DNA of 64,000 nt from Promethearchaeota archaeon (GCA_048941285.1 JBHLNS010000006.1:32001-96000); one strand, 5' to 3'; shown: positions 21,038 to 30,729, numbered from the stretch's first letter. Numbers and translations are program-made. Notes: generated by a model from the sequence alone, not told the origin.

Positions 21038-21167
21038 CTGTTAAATTTTCATTAACAAACCAATAATTACGATAGAATTGTTCTATTAAAAACAAAAAAA
21101 TTACCATGTTAATTATATATTAAAATCATTTGAAAATTATTTATAACGTGAAATATGAGATATTAAT

Positions 21168-22613
21168 ATGGTAATTAGTATAATCATAATTTTAGGATGT
21201 TTTATTGCTGTAATTATTTTAATAATCACTAATAAACTAAATAGAGCCATCTCTTCATTACTAGCTGCAATTATTACTTACTTCGTCCTTATTTTTATTG
21301 AGGGTAAGGATTTTTCTATAATAGTTGAGTTACTATTTGGATCTCCCACTGAAGGATTTGTTAACTTGCATTCTTTAATTATGATAATTGGTACAATGAT
21401 GATTGTACAAATTGCTCATGAAGCTGGTTCATTCCAATTTATTGCTGGTAAATTAATTAAATTATCAAGAGGAAAACCTATTGCTTTAATGGTAATATTT
21501 TGTGCAGTGACGGTCTTTATTTCTGCTATTTTAAACAACATTTTAACAGTCATTATAATTATTCCTCTAACGATTACAGTTTCAAGAATTTTAAATATAA
21601 ATCCATCTCCTTATATATTAACCCAAGCAGTATTAGTAAATGTTGGAGGAACGGTCTTTTCAATTTCCTCTATTCCAAACATTTTAATTACAACTTACGC
21701 GGGAATAGAATTCTTAGAATTCTTCATTAACGTAGGGCTAATCTCCTTTATTATTTTTATATTTACTCTCCTTTTTTTCATTTTAATTTATAAAAAGGAA
21801 TTAACAATACCGGAAGAAGGTCAAAAAGCATTAAAAGAATTTGATGTTTGGAATGTTGTTCAAAATAAAAGATTATTATATCAATCATTATTTTCTTTAA
21901 TCATCTTATTAATTTTACTCACTCTTATTCCTTCTTCATTAATTTCTCCAGATATCATTGCATTAACTATTGCCATTATTTTAATTGTTATAACGAGATT
22001 AGACCCTAAAGAAATTATAAATAAGATAGATTTTGAGTTGCTATTCTATCTATTGGGTATTTTTATAATTGTTGGAGGGCTTGAGGTAACAAGAGCAACG
22101 GAAGCCTTGGGAACTTTTATTTTAAATATTGGTGGAAGTAATCTTTTTTTTCAGATTCTTATAGTACTATGGTTTTCAGCTTATTTAAGTAGTTGCATTG
22201 ATAATATCCCAATAACTAAAGTATTAATTCCAGTTGCAAATACAATGACAGAAACCGCTTCAATATTTAATAGAAAACAAATTTTTTATAGCCTTGCATT
22301 TGGAGCAAATTGGGGAGATAATTTGACACCATTAGGAGACAATATTCTTGTTGTGAATATTGCCGAAAAAAACAAGCGTCCTATAAGTTTTAAATCATTT
22401 TTCAAATTAGGATTTGTTACAACGAATTATCAATTATTAATTATTTCAATTTATTATTGTTTAATTTTTTATTTACAAATAGGCATTATTATTTTAGCGA
22501 TTGTGGGTTTATTTTTAATAGTAATCTATTGTTTGAATAAATTTGGTTCTAAAAATATTAAATCACGTATGAATAATTTTAGTACTAAACTAAGAGAAAT
22601 AATAATAAGGTGA
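21168..22613 (+). CDS. ArsB/NhaD (IT superfamily) ion transporter
   Basis: SAILNN, NVGG...PNILI, SSCIDNIP, GANWG.NLTP.G. Confidence 0.87.
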   Translation: MVISIIIILGCFIAVIILIITNKLNRAISSLLAAIITYFVLIFIEGKDFSIIVELLFGSPTEGFVNLHSLIMIIGTMMIVQIAHEAGSFQFIAGKLIKLSRGKPIALMVIFCAVTVFISAILNNILTVIIIIPLTITVSRILNINPSPYILTQAVLVNVGGTVFSISSIPNILITTYAGIEFLEFFINVGLISFIIFIFTLLFFILIYKKELTIPEEGQKALKEFDVWNVVQNKRLLYQSLFSLIILLILLTLIPSSLISPDIIALTIAIILIVITRLDPKEIINKIDFELLFYLLGIFIIVGGLEVTRATEALGTFILNIGGSNLFFQILIVLWFSAYLSSCIDNIPITKVLIPVANTMTETASIFNRKQIFYSLAFGANWGDNLTPLGDNILVVNIAEKNKRPISFKSFFKLGFVTTNYQLLIISIYYCLIFYLQIGIIILAIVGLFLIVIYCLNKFGSKNIKSRMNNFSTKLREIIIR

Positions 22614-22620
22614 TTATTAG

Positions 22621-23259
22621 TTGGTTTTTAAAAATATTTTAAGAATAAAAGCAGCTTTACCAGAAGTTAAACATATTGCTATGTTCTATAATAGTGGTAT
22701 AATTTTTCAAACTACGTTTGAGCAAGAAACTAATATTCCTAAATTAGGCGAGAATTTAGCAGAAATTTTAAATCATGCGAGAAAGCTATATGATATCTCC
22801 AATTATAGTTTTGAAAATTATAAAAAAATTATTTTTGAAACTGATGATATTTCAATTATTATTTTAAAACTTGGTGAAGATAGTAATATTGCTCTGTTTT
22901 TCAAGAAAGAGGAAGAAAAAGAACTAAAAATAACAACAATAAAACGATATATGACAAGAATCGAAGAAATAATTGATATGGATGAAAAAGAACTGATAAT
23001 ACAAGAAATATTATTGAAAGAAGAGGAAATTAAACGCTTAAGGGAATTACTCAGTGAGAGAGAAAATAAGATCGAACAATTAAATATAGAATTAAGTAAT
23101 ATAGAGAAAGCGGTAATTGAGGGAGATAGTAAAAAGATTAATACGGAATTAAATGACCTAAGTCTTGAAAGTGTAAATTTGAAACAAGAATTAGAAAAAA
23201 AAAGTAATGAAATCGAGCATTTAAAAGAAAAAATAGAAAAAAGCCATAAAAAAGAATAA
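22621..23259 (+). CDS. Roadblock/LC7-like domain fused to a C-terminal coiled coil
   Basis: N-terminal 120 aa show an alpha-beta-beta-alpha-beta-beta-beta-alpha pattern (PEVKHIAMFYNSG...IIFETDDISIIILKLG); C-terminal E/K/L heptads. Confidence 0.65.
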   Translation: MVFKNILRIKAALPEVKHIAMFYNSGIIFQTTFEQETNIPKLGENLAEILNHARKLYDISNYSFENYKKIIFETDDISIIILKLGEDSNIALFFKKEEEKELKITTIKRYMTRIEEIIDMDEKELIIQEILLKEEEIKRLRELLSERENKIEQLNIELSNIEKAVIEGDSKKINTELNDLSLESVNLKQELEKKSNEIEHLKEKIEKSHKKE

Positions 23260-23286
23260 AATGCTTACCTAATTTTTCTAAAATAA

Positions 23287-23472
23287 TTATAGGGTAAATC
23301 CTAAGATTAAGGGAATTAAAAAAATTATCACCAGACATATAATAGTAAGAATGATAAAAGACTCATTTGATTCTTTATTCAACTGTTCTCTAAATATATA
23401 TATCAATAATATTAAAGATATAATAAACGCTCCATATACAAGCACAATTAATATCATTAGGTTATTTAGCAC
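23287..23472 (-). CDS. small two-TM membrane protein
   Basis: 61 aa with two hydrophobic helices; GTG start. Confidence 0.55.
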   Translation of the reverse strand: MLNNLMILIVLVYGAFIISLILLIYIFREQLNKESNESFIILTIICLVIIFLIPLILGFTL

Positions 23473-23540
23473 TTTACTTATTCTATTTTCATTTTAATTC
23501 GATTTTAAAAATTAAAAAAAAAAATTATCTCCTTAATTTT

Positions 23541-24197
23541 TTAAGAACTTGGTTCTAAAGGTCTAACCTTTTCACGTTCATTTAATTTTTCTGATAGATC
23601 TTTCTTAAGATCAGCTAATTTGTTCTGTTTTTCAACTATTTTTTTATTCAAATCTAGGGCATCGGTTTCAATCTTGGTTAAGTACTTCTGAATTCTATGA
23701 TATGCTTCTTCTGCTTTAGAGATTTTCTCACCAGGTGCATTATTATTAACTAATTTTACATAAACCATAATTCTTTTTGCTAAATTAGCTCTTTCTTTAG
23801 CCTCATCAAGCTTCTTATTAGCAATTTTAACTCTTACTTCAGTAATTTCAGTTTCAACATTTGCAATCTTTTTTTGAATATCAGCTATTTCTGTTTGAAT
23901 TTTAGCAACTTCTTGGTTGTATCTCGCTTGTACTCTTTCCGCTTTTAAAAGATCATCACCTATTTTTAAAAGATCTTTCACTTTCTCTTTTTTTTCAACT
24001 AATTTCTTACTTCTTTCTGCCAATCTCTCTCGAACTTTTGCTACTTCAATTTCATTCCTAGCAAGCATTTCTCTGGCTTTAGCCCTTTTTACAGATTGCT
24101 TAGCTAATTCTTTCATTTCACTAGCAGATTCTTTTTCAATTTTGGCTAAATTTGAATTTTCTTCAGCTATCTTTTCAATATTTTTAACTTCTTCCAT
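23541..24197 (-). CDS. all-helical coiled-coil protein A (paralog of 25229..25897)
   Basis: 218 aa with [LIV]A heptad repeats; colinear with its paralog. Confidence 0.85.
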   Translation of the reverse strand: MEEVKNIEKIAEENSNLAKIEKESASEMKELAKQSVKRAKAREMLARNEIEVAKVRERLAERSKKLVEKKEKVKDLLKIGDDLLKAERVQARYNQEVAKIQTEIADIQKKIANVETEITEVRVKIANKKLDEAKERANLAKRIMVYVKLVNNNAPGEKISKAEEAYHRIQKYLTKIETDALDLNKKIVEKQNKLADLKKDLSEKLNEREKVRPLEPSS

Positions 24198-24242
24198 ATT
24201 CTCATCTCTTTTTTTATTTATTTTACTATAATTTTATTTATT

Positions 24243-24416
24243 CTAACTATATATCTCGTTAAAATTATCTAAATCTTCTTTTTCTTCCTCATCTTCATAA
24301 TCCCAATCATCTTCTTCGTCAGAATCATCATCTTCGTAATAACCATCATTTTCATTACCATAATCATCATTTTCATAATCATATTTCTTCTTATTTTCTT
24401 TCGGGTCCCCTTCCAT
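24243..24416 (-). CDS. hyper-acidic microprotein, 57 aa, not in the ORF track
   Basis: Hand translation MEGDPKENKKKYDYENDDYGNENDGYYEDDDSDEEDDWDYEDEEEKEDLDNFNEIYS*; GGAGGT RBS upstream of the ATG. Confidence 0.75.
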   Translation of the reverse strand: MEGDPKENKKKYDYENDDYGNENDGYYEDDDSDEEDDWDYEDEEEKEDLDNFNEIYS

Positions 24417-24485
24417 TAAGTTAATTACCTCCTATATTTTGTTGGTTAGTGTTTGTTATTTTTTAATTGTTGCATAGTATTTAAA

Positions 24486-24503
24486 TGTTTTCATATGAAA
24501 ACA
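24486..24503. promoter_or_regulatory. perfect 18-bp palindrome between divergent TATA boxes (candidate operator)
   Basis: TGTTTTCATATGAAAACA; leftward TATA-like motif at 24478-24485 and rightward TTTATATA at 24522-24529. Confidence 0.55.
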
Positions 24504-24591
24504 AATCCATCTATCGACAACTTTATATACTTTGATATCATCATTTTATTAAAAAAAAGAGAATCAAACTGGAAAAAAGGCTATATTTAAT

Positions 24592-25161
24592 ATGGCAAAT
24601 AAAGAAATGAAGAAAACTAGCAATTTTCTTGGATTTAGGCTTTCAGAAGAAATAATTGAGAAATTAGAACTAATTGCAAAACAAGAGAATAAGACGCGTG
24701 GTTTGGTTGCTAAAGATGCTATTGAGCAATGGCTAAATTTAGAATTATTAAATCAAACTAACCAAATGATTATGATATCCAAATCGATTTTTTCAAAAAT
24801 TCTCTCTAAATTAGATGCACAAACTTTAAATATAATAGCTAAAGATTTTGCTGATTTATTTTCAGATCTAATGAAGTTTTCAACAGCAAAACCAATGAAT
24901 GAAGAAACCTTGAGATCTTATACTGCTTTTTTAATTAATTTTTTTGGCAAAAATGGATTGAAATGGTTTAATACACTTGATATTCAGACCAGGGAAAACT
25001 CTTTCATATTTAGAGGTTTGCACGATATGGACGAGGTCTATTCCAATTTTTTCACAGAATTTTATAAATATCTCCTATCTAAATATTTTGAACTAGAATT
25101 TACAACAAAAATAGAGGAAAAAACATCTAATTTAATCCATTTAGAATTTAAAATTAATTAG
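24592..25161 (+). CDS. ribbon-helix-helix (CopG-like) domain transcription regulator
   Basis: FLGFRLSEEIIEKLELIAKQENKTRGLVAKDAIEQWL, plus a C-terminal effector-like domain. Confidence 0.75.
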   Translation: MANKEMKKTSNFLGFRLSEEIIEKLELIAKQENKTRGLVAKDAIEQWLNLELLNQTNQMIMISKSIFSKILSKLDAQTLNIIAKDFADLFSDLMKFSTAKPMNEETLRSYTAFLINFFGKNGLKWFNTLDIQTRENSFIFRGLHDMDEVYSNFFTEFYKYLLSKYFELEFTTKIEEKTSNLIHLEFKIN

Positions 25162-25228
25162 AATTTTAAAATTCAAGAAAAATTTAATAAAGGATGAGCT
25201 CATAAAAATTAAAACAAGGTAAAAAATT

Positions 25229-25897
25229 ATGGAAGATTTAATTATTATAGAGAAAGAAGCTGAAAACAATTTGAAAATAGCGCAATTTGAAAAAGAACTA
25301 GCCCAAAAATCAAAAATAAATGCTCTAGCTGAAATTAAAAAATCAAAAGCAAGAGAAACTCTATACAAACTTGAATATGAAATTGCTGACATAAAAAAAG
25401 AATTAGCTGAAAAGAGAAGTGTATTAGCAACCGAAAAATCAGAAATTAAAAAAAATCAAATTTTAGATTTTTCAGAAGAAGAATTAAAAAATGAAAAAGA
25501 TTATGCCAATTACAACAAAAATATAGCAAAAAGTCAAAAAGAGATTGCTGAGGTTCATAAGAAAATTGCTTCAGTTGAGAAGCAAATAGCTGAACAAAAA
25601 TTAAAATTGTCTAAGGAAAAATTAGATGTAGCAAAAGCGCGACAAAATTTGGCTAAGAAACAAACGATATATGTTAAAGTAGCTCGAAGAACTAATTCAG
25701 AAAGTAAAATTTTGAAAGCTAAAAATAATTTCGAGGGTCACAAAAAAAATCTTTTAAAACAAAAGAATGACGTTTTGGAAAAGGAAAAGGATATTAAGAA
25801 AAAAGAAAATAATCTAGCAGAATTAAAAAAGGAACTTTCCTTAAAATTGGCAGAAAGGGAGAAAATAAGACACCCCGGAGTTATATTAGCCGAATAA
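25229..25897 (+). CDS. all-helical coiled-coil protein B (paralog of 23541..24197)
   Basis: 222 aa; shares KARE, KKIA.VE, NLAK...YVK and LA.LKK.LS.KL.EREK.R with the paralog. Confidence 0.85.
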   Translation: MEDLIIIEKEAENNLKIAQFEKELAQKSKINALAEIKKSKARETLYKLEYEIADIKKELAEKRSVLATEKSEIKKNQILDFSEEELKNEKDYANYNKNIAKSQKEIAEVHKKIASVEKQIAEQKLKLSKEKLDVAKARQNLAKKQTIYVKVARRTNSESKILKAKNNFEGHKKNLLKQKNDVLEKEKDIKKKENNLAELKKELSLKLAEREKIRHPGVILAE

Positions 25898-25945
25898 ACT
25901 TTTTTTCTCTAATTATATAGTAAATTAATTAAAGGGTTTAAGGAA

Positions 25946-27037
25946 TTATATCCATTTTTTCCTTTTAAAGAAATACAACATGGTAAAAGCTATCGCAAAC
26001 ATTATGATGATTAAAATTGGATATGCAAACGGAGAGGAAAATTCAGGCATATAAATAAAATTCATCCCATAAAAACCTGCTAGAAATGATAGTGGAATAA
26101 AAATTGTGGATATAATCGTTAAAACTTTCATAATATCATTCATCCTATTGCTAACACTGGATAAATACATATCTAACATTCCAAAAATGATATCCCGATA
26201 ATTTTCTAAAAGATCACTAATTCTAAAAATATGATCATATATATCTCTTAAGTAGATTTGTAAATCATCTCTGATTAACTTTGATTGTTCACGTTGCAGT
26301 TTATTGATTATTTCTCTTATTGGCCAAATTGATTTTCTTAATTCAATCGAAGATCTTTTCAATCGATAAATAAGCTGTAAGGTTTCTGGTTCAGGTTTCT
26401 TTATTAATATATCTTCAATATTTTCTATATCCTCACCTACTTTTTCCAATACTATAAAATAATTGTCTATTATAATATCAATTAAAACATAAAAGAGATA
26501 GTCTGCTCCCATTAATCGAACTCTTCCCTTTGGAACTTGTATCCTCTCATAAATAGGATTGAAAAGATTCGTATCTCTCTCTTGGAAGGATATTACATAA
26601 TTTTCCCCCAAAATTAAGCTAATTTGTTCATATTCAAATTCTTCTTCTTCTTGATTCCAACTTAATTTTTTTAATACTGCAAAAATAAAATTTCCATAAT
26701 CTTCTAATTTAGGTCTTTGATTTGGATTTAAAATATCTTCCAATATGAGAGGATGTAAATCAAATTGGCGACCAATCTCTTCAATAATTTCTACTTCTGC
26801 AAGACCATATATATCAATCCATCTAATTAATGATTTTTCAATTTGAGTAAGATTTTTTTTAATATCCTCAAATTCTTGCATAATAAAACGGTCTTCTGTA
26901 TAATCTGTTACCTTAATTTTAGTTTTTTCTTTTACTTTGTCCCCTGTATAAATTAAAGTTCCTGGAGGAAGCCCAACCTTTTTCTTTCTTTTACTAGATG
27001 GAATCATTTTATGTAAAGGTCGAGATATTCTCCTCAT
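25946..27037 (-). CDS. corA: magnesium/cobalt transporter CorA
   Basis: GLPPGTL, LHPL.LEDI...QRPK, FYGMNF..MPE signature. Confidence 0.95.
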   Translation of the reverse strand: MRRISRPLHKMIPSSKRKKKVGLPPGTLIYTGDKVKEKTKIKVTDYTEDRFIMQEFEDIKKNLTQIEKSLIRWIDIYGLAEVEIIEEIGRQFDLHPLILEDILNPNQRPKLEDYGNFIFAVLKKLSWNQEEEEFEYEQISLILGENYVISFQERDTNLFNPIYERIQVPKGRVRLMGADYLFYVLIDIIIDNYFIVLEKVGEDIENIEDILIKKPEPETLQLIYRLKRSSIELRKSIWPIREIINKLQREQSKLIRDDLQIYLRDIYDHIFRISDLLENYRDIIFGMLDMYLSSVSNRMNDIMKVLTIISTIFIPLSFLAGFYGMNFIYMPEFSSPFAYPILIIIMFAIAFTMLYFFKRKKWI

Positions 27038-27188
27038 TTTTTTTCACTCAAAAAATTTATGGTTTCTTTTGACTAATTTATTAATAAATTAGCTTTTAAA
27101 ATAAAAGTTTTCTTAAGATGATTTTATAAGAAAATTGGAACCTTAAGAAGAGAAGGGTTTAGATAAACCTTTTTCTTTTGAGTTTGGT

Positions 27189-27824
27189 TTATGGATCCAG
27201 AGAGATACCATATTTTTTTAAATCTTCTATTAATTTTTCAGTGTAATAATAATGAATTCCTTTCAATCCTAAAGATCTTGCTATTTTTATATTTTTTTTC
27301 TCATCATCGATTAAAATAGCTTCAGAGGGTTCGCATTCTAAATGTTTTATTAGTTCATTATAAAATTCAATATCATCTTTATTCATTTTATAATCAAAAC
27401 TTAATATTGTATCATCAAAATACTTTAAAAATCCACACTTTTTTTCTAAATAGTCTATACGTTCTCTTATGTTTCCGCTAAAAATCAACAATCTATAATT
27501 ATTCTTCTTCAAATTCTTTAATAATTCTTCAATACCATAGTGGATACAATATGAACCAAACCATATATATCTTGTATGCTTTTTTTCTTTTTTATTAATT
27601 CCTAGTTTAAAGAATAAGTTTTCCTCAAATTCATCAATAGTCATTAAACCTTTACGTAAAAGATTTCCCTCAGAATTTGGTTTATCACTAAAAATTTCTC
27701 GAAGTAATTTTTCATTTTTAATGTCGTAAATCTCTTTAATTTTCTCTATTGCTAAAAAAGAACCTGGGGTAAAATATACGCCCCCTAAATCAAAAATAAT
27801 TGTTTTTATTTTATCAATTTTCAT
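27189..27824 (-). CDS. HAD-superfamily hydrolase (YihX-like)
   Basis: FDLGGV, IDD...N...A...G. Confidence 0.85.
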   Translation of the reverse strand: MKIDKIKTIIFDLGGVYFTPGSFLAIEKIKEIYDIKNEKLLREIFSDKPNSEGNLLRKGLMTIDEFEENLFFKLGINKKEKKHTRYIWFGSYCIHYGIEELLKNLKKNNYRLLIFSGNIRERIDYLEKKCGFLKYFDDTILSFDYKMNKDDIEFYNELIKHLECEPSEAILIDDEKKNIKIARSLGLKGIHYYYTEKLIEDLKKYGISLDP

Positions 27825-28068
27825 AATAACTTATGTTATAAATATTAAGAATAAAATTATCTATTATCTATATATTTATTGTCAATAAAATTTGGGCTTC
27901 CCTTCATTTAATCTGTTCTTAGAAAACTATTTATAATTAAGGGTTATCAGAAAATCATTTTTTTTTAAATATTATGTAAACTTTTATAATAAAACTATTC
28001 TTATAATTTTTTTATAAAAGAATTAGCCTTGTAGAATTAATAAAAACCTTGGAGTTGAAGTTTAAAAT

Positions 28069-28986
28069 ATGAAAAGACTTTATAAAATCTTCATTTGGAT
28101 TACTATTATAGGACTTTTTATTCTAGGTTATTTTTATTTTGGATTTGAGCAATTTTTATTAAATTTAATCCTTTTGAACATGGTTGCTTATGTCCTTAGA
28201 TCTATTTTAATTGATGTATTTCAGACTATAATTAAAAATTTGATTGTTCGTTATATCTTGATGATTATAATCAATATCCTGTGGTTGATATTTCCTTTTT
28301 GGCTATTGTCTGTTATTTCACCAATTTATTTTGTAGCAATAATCTCTTTTTTGGTTGTGGCAATTTCTCTGACTTTTCAAAATATTATAAATAATATTGC
28401 TTCAGGAATAATGCTTTTATCATCAGAAGGCTTTGAAGCTGGTGATTTGATTGAAACAAATGGAGTTCAAGGTATTGTAAAGGAGATAACCTTAAATAGC
28501 TTAAAGTTAGAAGATTTTGATGGTTCTATTACATATATACCTAATAAAAATGCATTTAATTCCTCTGTAATCCGATTTACGCATAAACCTATAGAAAAGG
28601 GAAAAAAAATAGAAATCTCTAAAGTAGTCAAAAAAATCGGTAAAATTATCACTGGTGAAAAAAAATTAACTCGTTATATTAAGGTAGTAGAACTTTTAGG
28701 TACTGTAGATTCAAATAAGCTTAATGAATTATTGGATCCAATTTTTGAGAAATATGAACCCATATTTGGGAAAAAACCTTATTTTTATGCAAATACTACT
28801 GTTAGTGGGCTTATAAATCGTTTAAGTATAACTATTCAGATTATTACAGAAAATCCGAAGTTGATTTTAACCTACACAGATCCATTCTTGAAAGAAATCC
28901 TTTTTAAGATTTATGATGAAGAAATTAATTATGGTTGGAATGAAAAAGCACAAGAATCTTCACAAAATAGCAAAGAGGTGGATTAA
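28069..28986 (+). CDS. MscS family mechanosensitive channel
   Basis: QNIINNIASG, F..GD.IE..G..G.V.EI, DG...YIPN. Confidence 0.82.
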   Translation: MKRLYKIFIWITIIGLFILGYFYFGFEQFLLNLILLNMVAYVLRSILIDVFQTIIKNLIVRYILMIIINILWLIFPFWLLSVISPIYFVAIISFLVVAISLTFQNIINNIASGIMLLSSEGFEAGDLIETNGVQGIVKEITLNSLKLEDFDGSITYIPNKNAFNSSVIRFTHKPIEKGKKIEISKVVKKIGKIITGEKKLTRYIKVVELLGTVDSNKLNELLDPIFEKYEPIFGKKPYFYANTTVSGLINRLSITIQIITENPKLILTYTDPFLKEILFKIYDEEINYGWNEKAQESSQNSKEVD

Positions 28987-28988
28987 GG

Positions 28989-29900
28989 ATGGCAATCTTC
29001 AGTTCAGATTTAGAGGCATTAATATATCTTGCAATAATAGGAGTTGGGCTTTATATCATTAATAAGTTGGTTTCTTCAATATTTGCTAAAAGTAAAAAAA
29101 TACCCTTAAAACAGAAGGTTATTCTTAATTTTACTCTAAAAATAGGTGTTGTTCTTATTTTTGCATTTTTTATTATTGAGGGCTTTCCCGTTATTGGTTC
29201 AATCCCTATTGAATACACAGCAGTGCTTACTGGAGCAATAAGTACTGCAATTGCTTTTGCTTCCAGTGGAATATTTTCTAATTTTATTTCTGGCATTGTT
29301 CTCATGTTAATAAGACCTTTTGAAGTTGATGATTTAGTTAAAATTGAAGACGATAAAGGAATTATACGAGCAATAAATATAACTAAAGTGAAATTAGAAA
29401 CATTTGATAATATAATAATCGAGAAGTCAAACGCTCAAGTTCTTTACTCCAAAATTGTAAATTATACTGTTAAATTAGGGAAAAAAAAATCATTTGAAGA
29501 TTTTAAAAATAAGATCCTCGCTCCTCAGGATATTGGGTTTAAAGGTATTTATGAAGATACATCAAGTTCAAAAAGGGAATTTGAAAGTAATTTAGAAAAG
29601 GCTTACAATTCCTTTTCTAGTAAATATTTCCCAAAATTATATAATTATACTTTTAAAATGGCTTTTCCCTATAAAGGATTTAGAGTTCTCATAAATGAAG
29701 TAACAGAACTTTGTGATTTATATAATCAGAAGAATATTTTTCGGATTAAACCTCAATTTGATATAGTAAATTTTAACATTAGCATAATTGTCAAATTTCG
29801 ATTGTTAACTTTTAATCCCCAAAAAATATTTGATTTTCAACCTAAATTCGCAAGGGATGTCTATAATATAATTTTCAAACACAAAATAATGCAAAATTAA
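28989..29900 (+). CDS. MscS family mechanosensitive channel
   Basis: SNFISGIVL...RPF.V.D.VKI, TFDN...N. Confidence 0.82.
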   Translation: MAIFSSDLEALIYLAIIGVGLYIINKLVSSIFAKSKKIPLKQKVILNFTLKIGVVLIFAFFIIEGFPVIGSIPIEYTAVLTGAISTAIAFASSGIFSNFISGIVLMLIRPFEVDDLVKIEDDKGIIRAINITKVKLETFDNIIIEKSNAQVLYSKIVNYTVKLGKKKSFEDFKNKILAPQDIGFKGIYEDTSSSKREFESNLEKAYNSFSSKYFPKLYNYTFKMAFPYKGFRVLINEVTELCDLYNQKNIFRIKPQFDIVNFNISIIVKFRLLTFNPQKIFDFQPKFARDVYNIIFKHKIMQN

Positions 29901-29935
29901 CTCATCATTTATTATGATCAAAAATTTAGAAATTC

Positions 29936-30583
29936 TCAGGCTTTACTTCTTTTTCTCCAAACTCTAATAATTTCTTTTTGTTTTTTTTGTTCTAATGGGT
30001 TTATGTAGCCTAGTAAGTCTTCAAAAACAATTTTTTGGTGTAAATGCGGTCGGAAAATAAATTTAAAATATTTTTTTTTCCAATAAAAACGTAAACTATT
30101 AAGATATAACGATAATTCTTTGATTTGTTGAGGTTTGATTTCATGGTATGAGTCGATTATATTTTCTTCTGTGTTATTTTCAATATTTCTTTTTAATAAG
30201 CTTCCATCAGTTTTTAAAATATAGATTGTGCCATTTAAATAAGCGTCATTCTCCTTATTATGAGTTAATCCAAGATATTGAGCATATAATTTAAAGTTTT
30301 GACTAATTTTAGCATTTAGATAACTTTTTTGAATTATGTCTCGATTTTTATTTTTGACTAATGTTTTAAGTTCTTGTTCTTCCATCTCTCCTTTACTGCT
30401 TTGTAATATTTCATAGTATTTCACTTGTAAATTGGTAAATATTAACATCTCAATATCAATATAAAAATCTTGAACCTCACGTGCTAAAATCCTGTCATCT
30501 TTAATATGGTCCCAGATTATAAAGAAAAGTACAGCAATTGAAACACATAAACTAACATATACCAATATATCTTGTGGGTTCAT
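29936..30583 (-). CDS. hypothetical protein with an N-terminal membrane anchor
   Basis: 215 aa ORF with a single hydrophobic N-terminal helix. Confidence 0.7.
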   Translation of the reverse strand: MNPQDILVYVSLCVSIAVLFFIIWDHIKDDRILAREVQDFYIDIEMLIFTNLQVKYYEILQSSKGEMEEQELKTLVKNKNRDIIQKSYLNAKISQNFKLYAQYLGLTHNKENDAYLNGTIYILKTDGSLLKRNIENNTEENIIDSYHEIKPQQIKELSLYLNSLRFYWKKKYFKFIFRPHLHQKIVFEDLLGYINPLEQKKQKEIIRVWRKRSKA

Positions 30584-30729
30584 TTTTTTAGTTTTAATTT
30601 ACCATCTGGGTTGAATTAGATAAATATAGATTTTTATCATTTTTAAAGAATTAACCTTGTCATTTATATCAGATTAAATCTGACATATTTTTCAGGTTTC
30701 TAAAAACCTTAAAAGTTCTTTTTTTTTAT

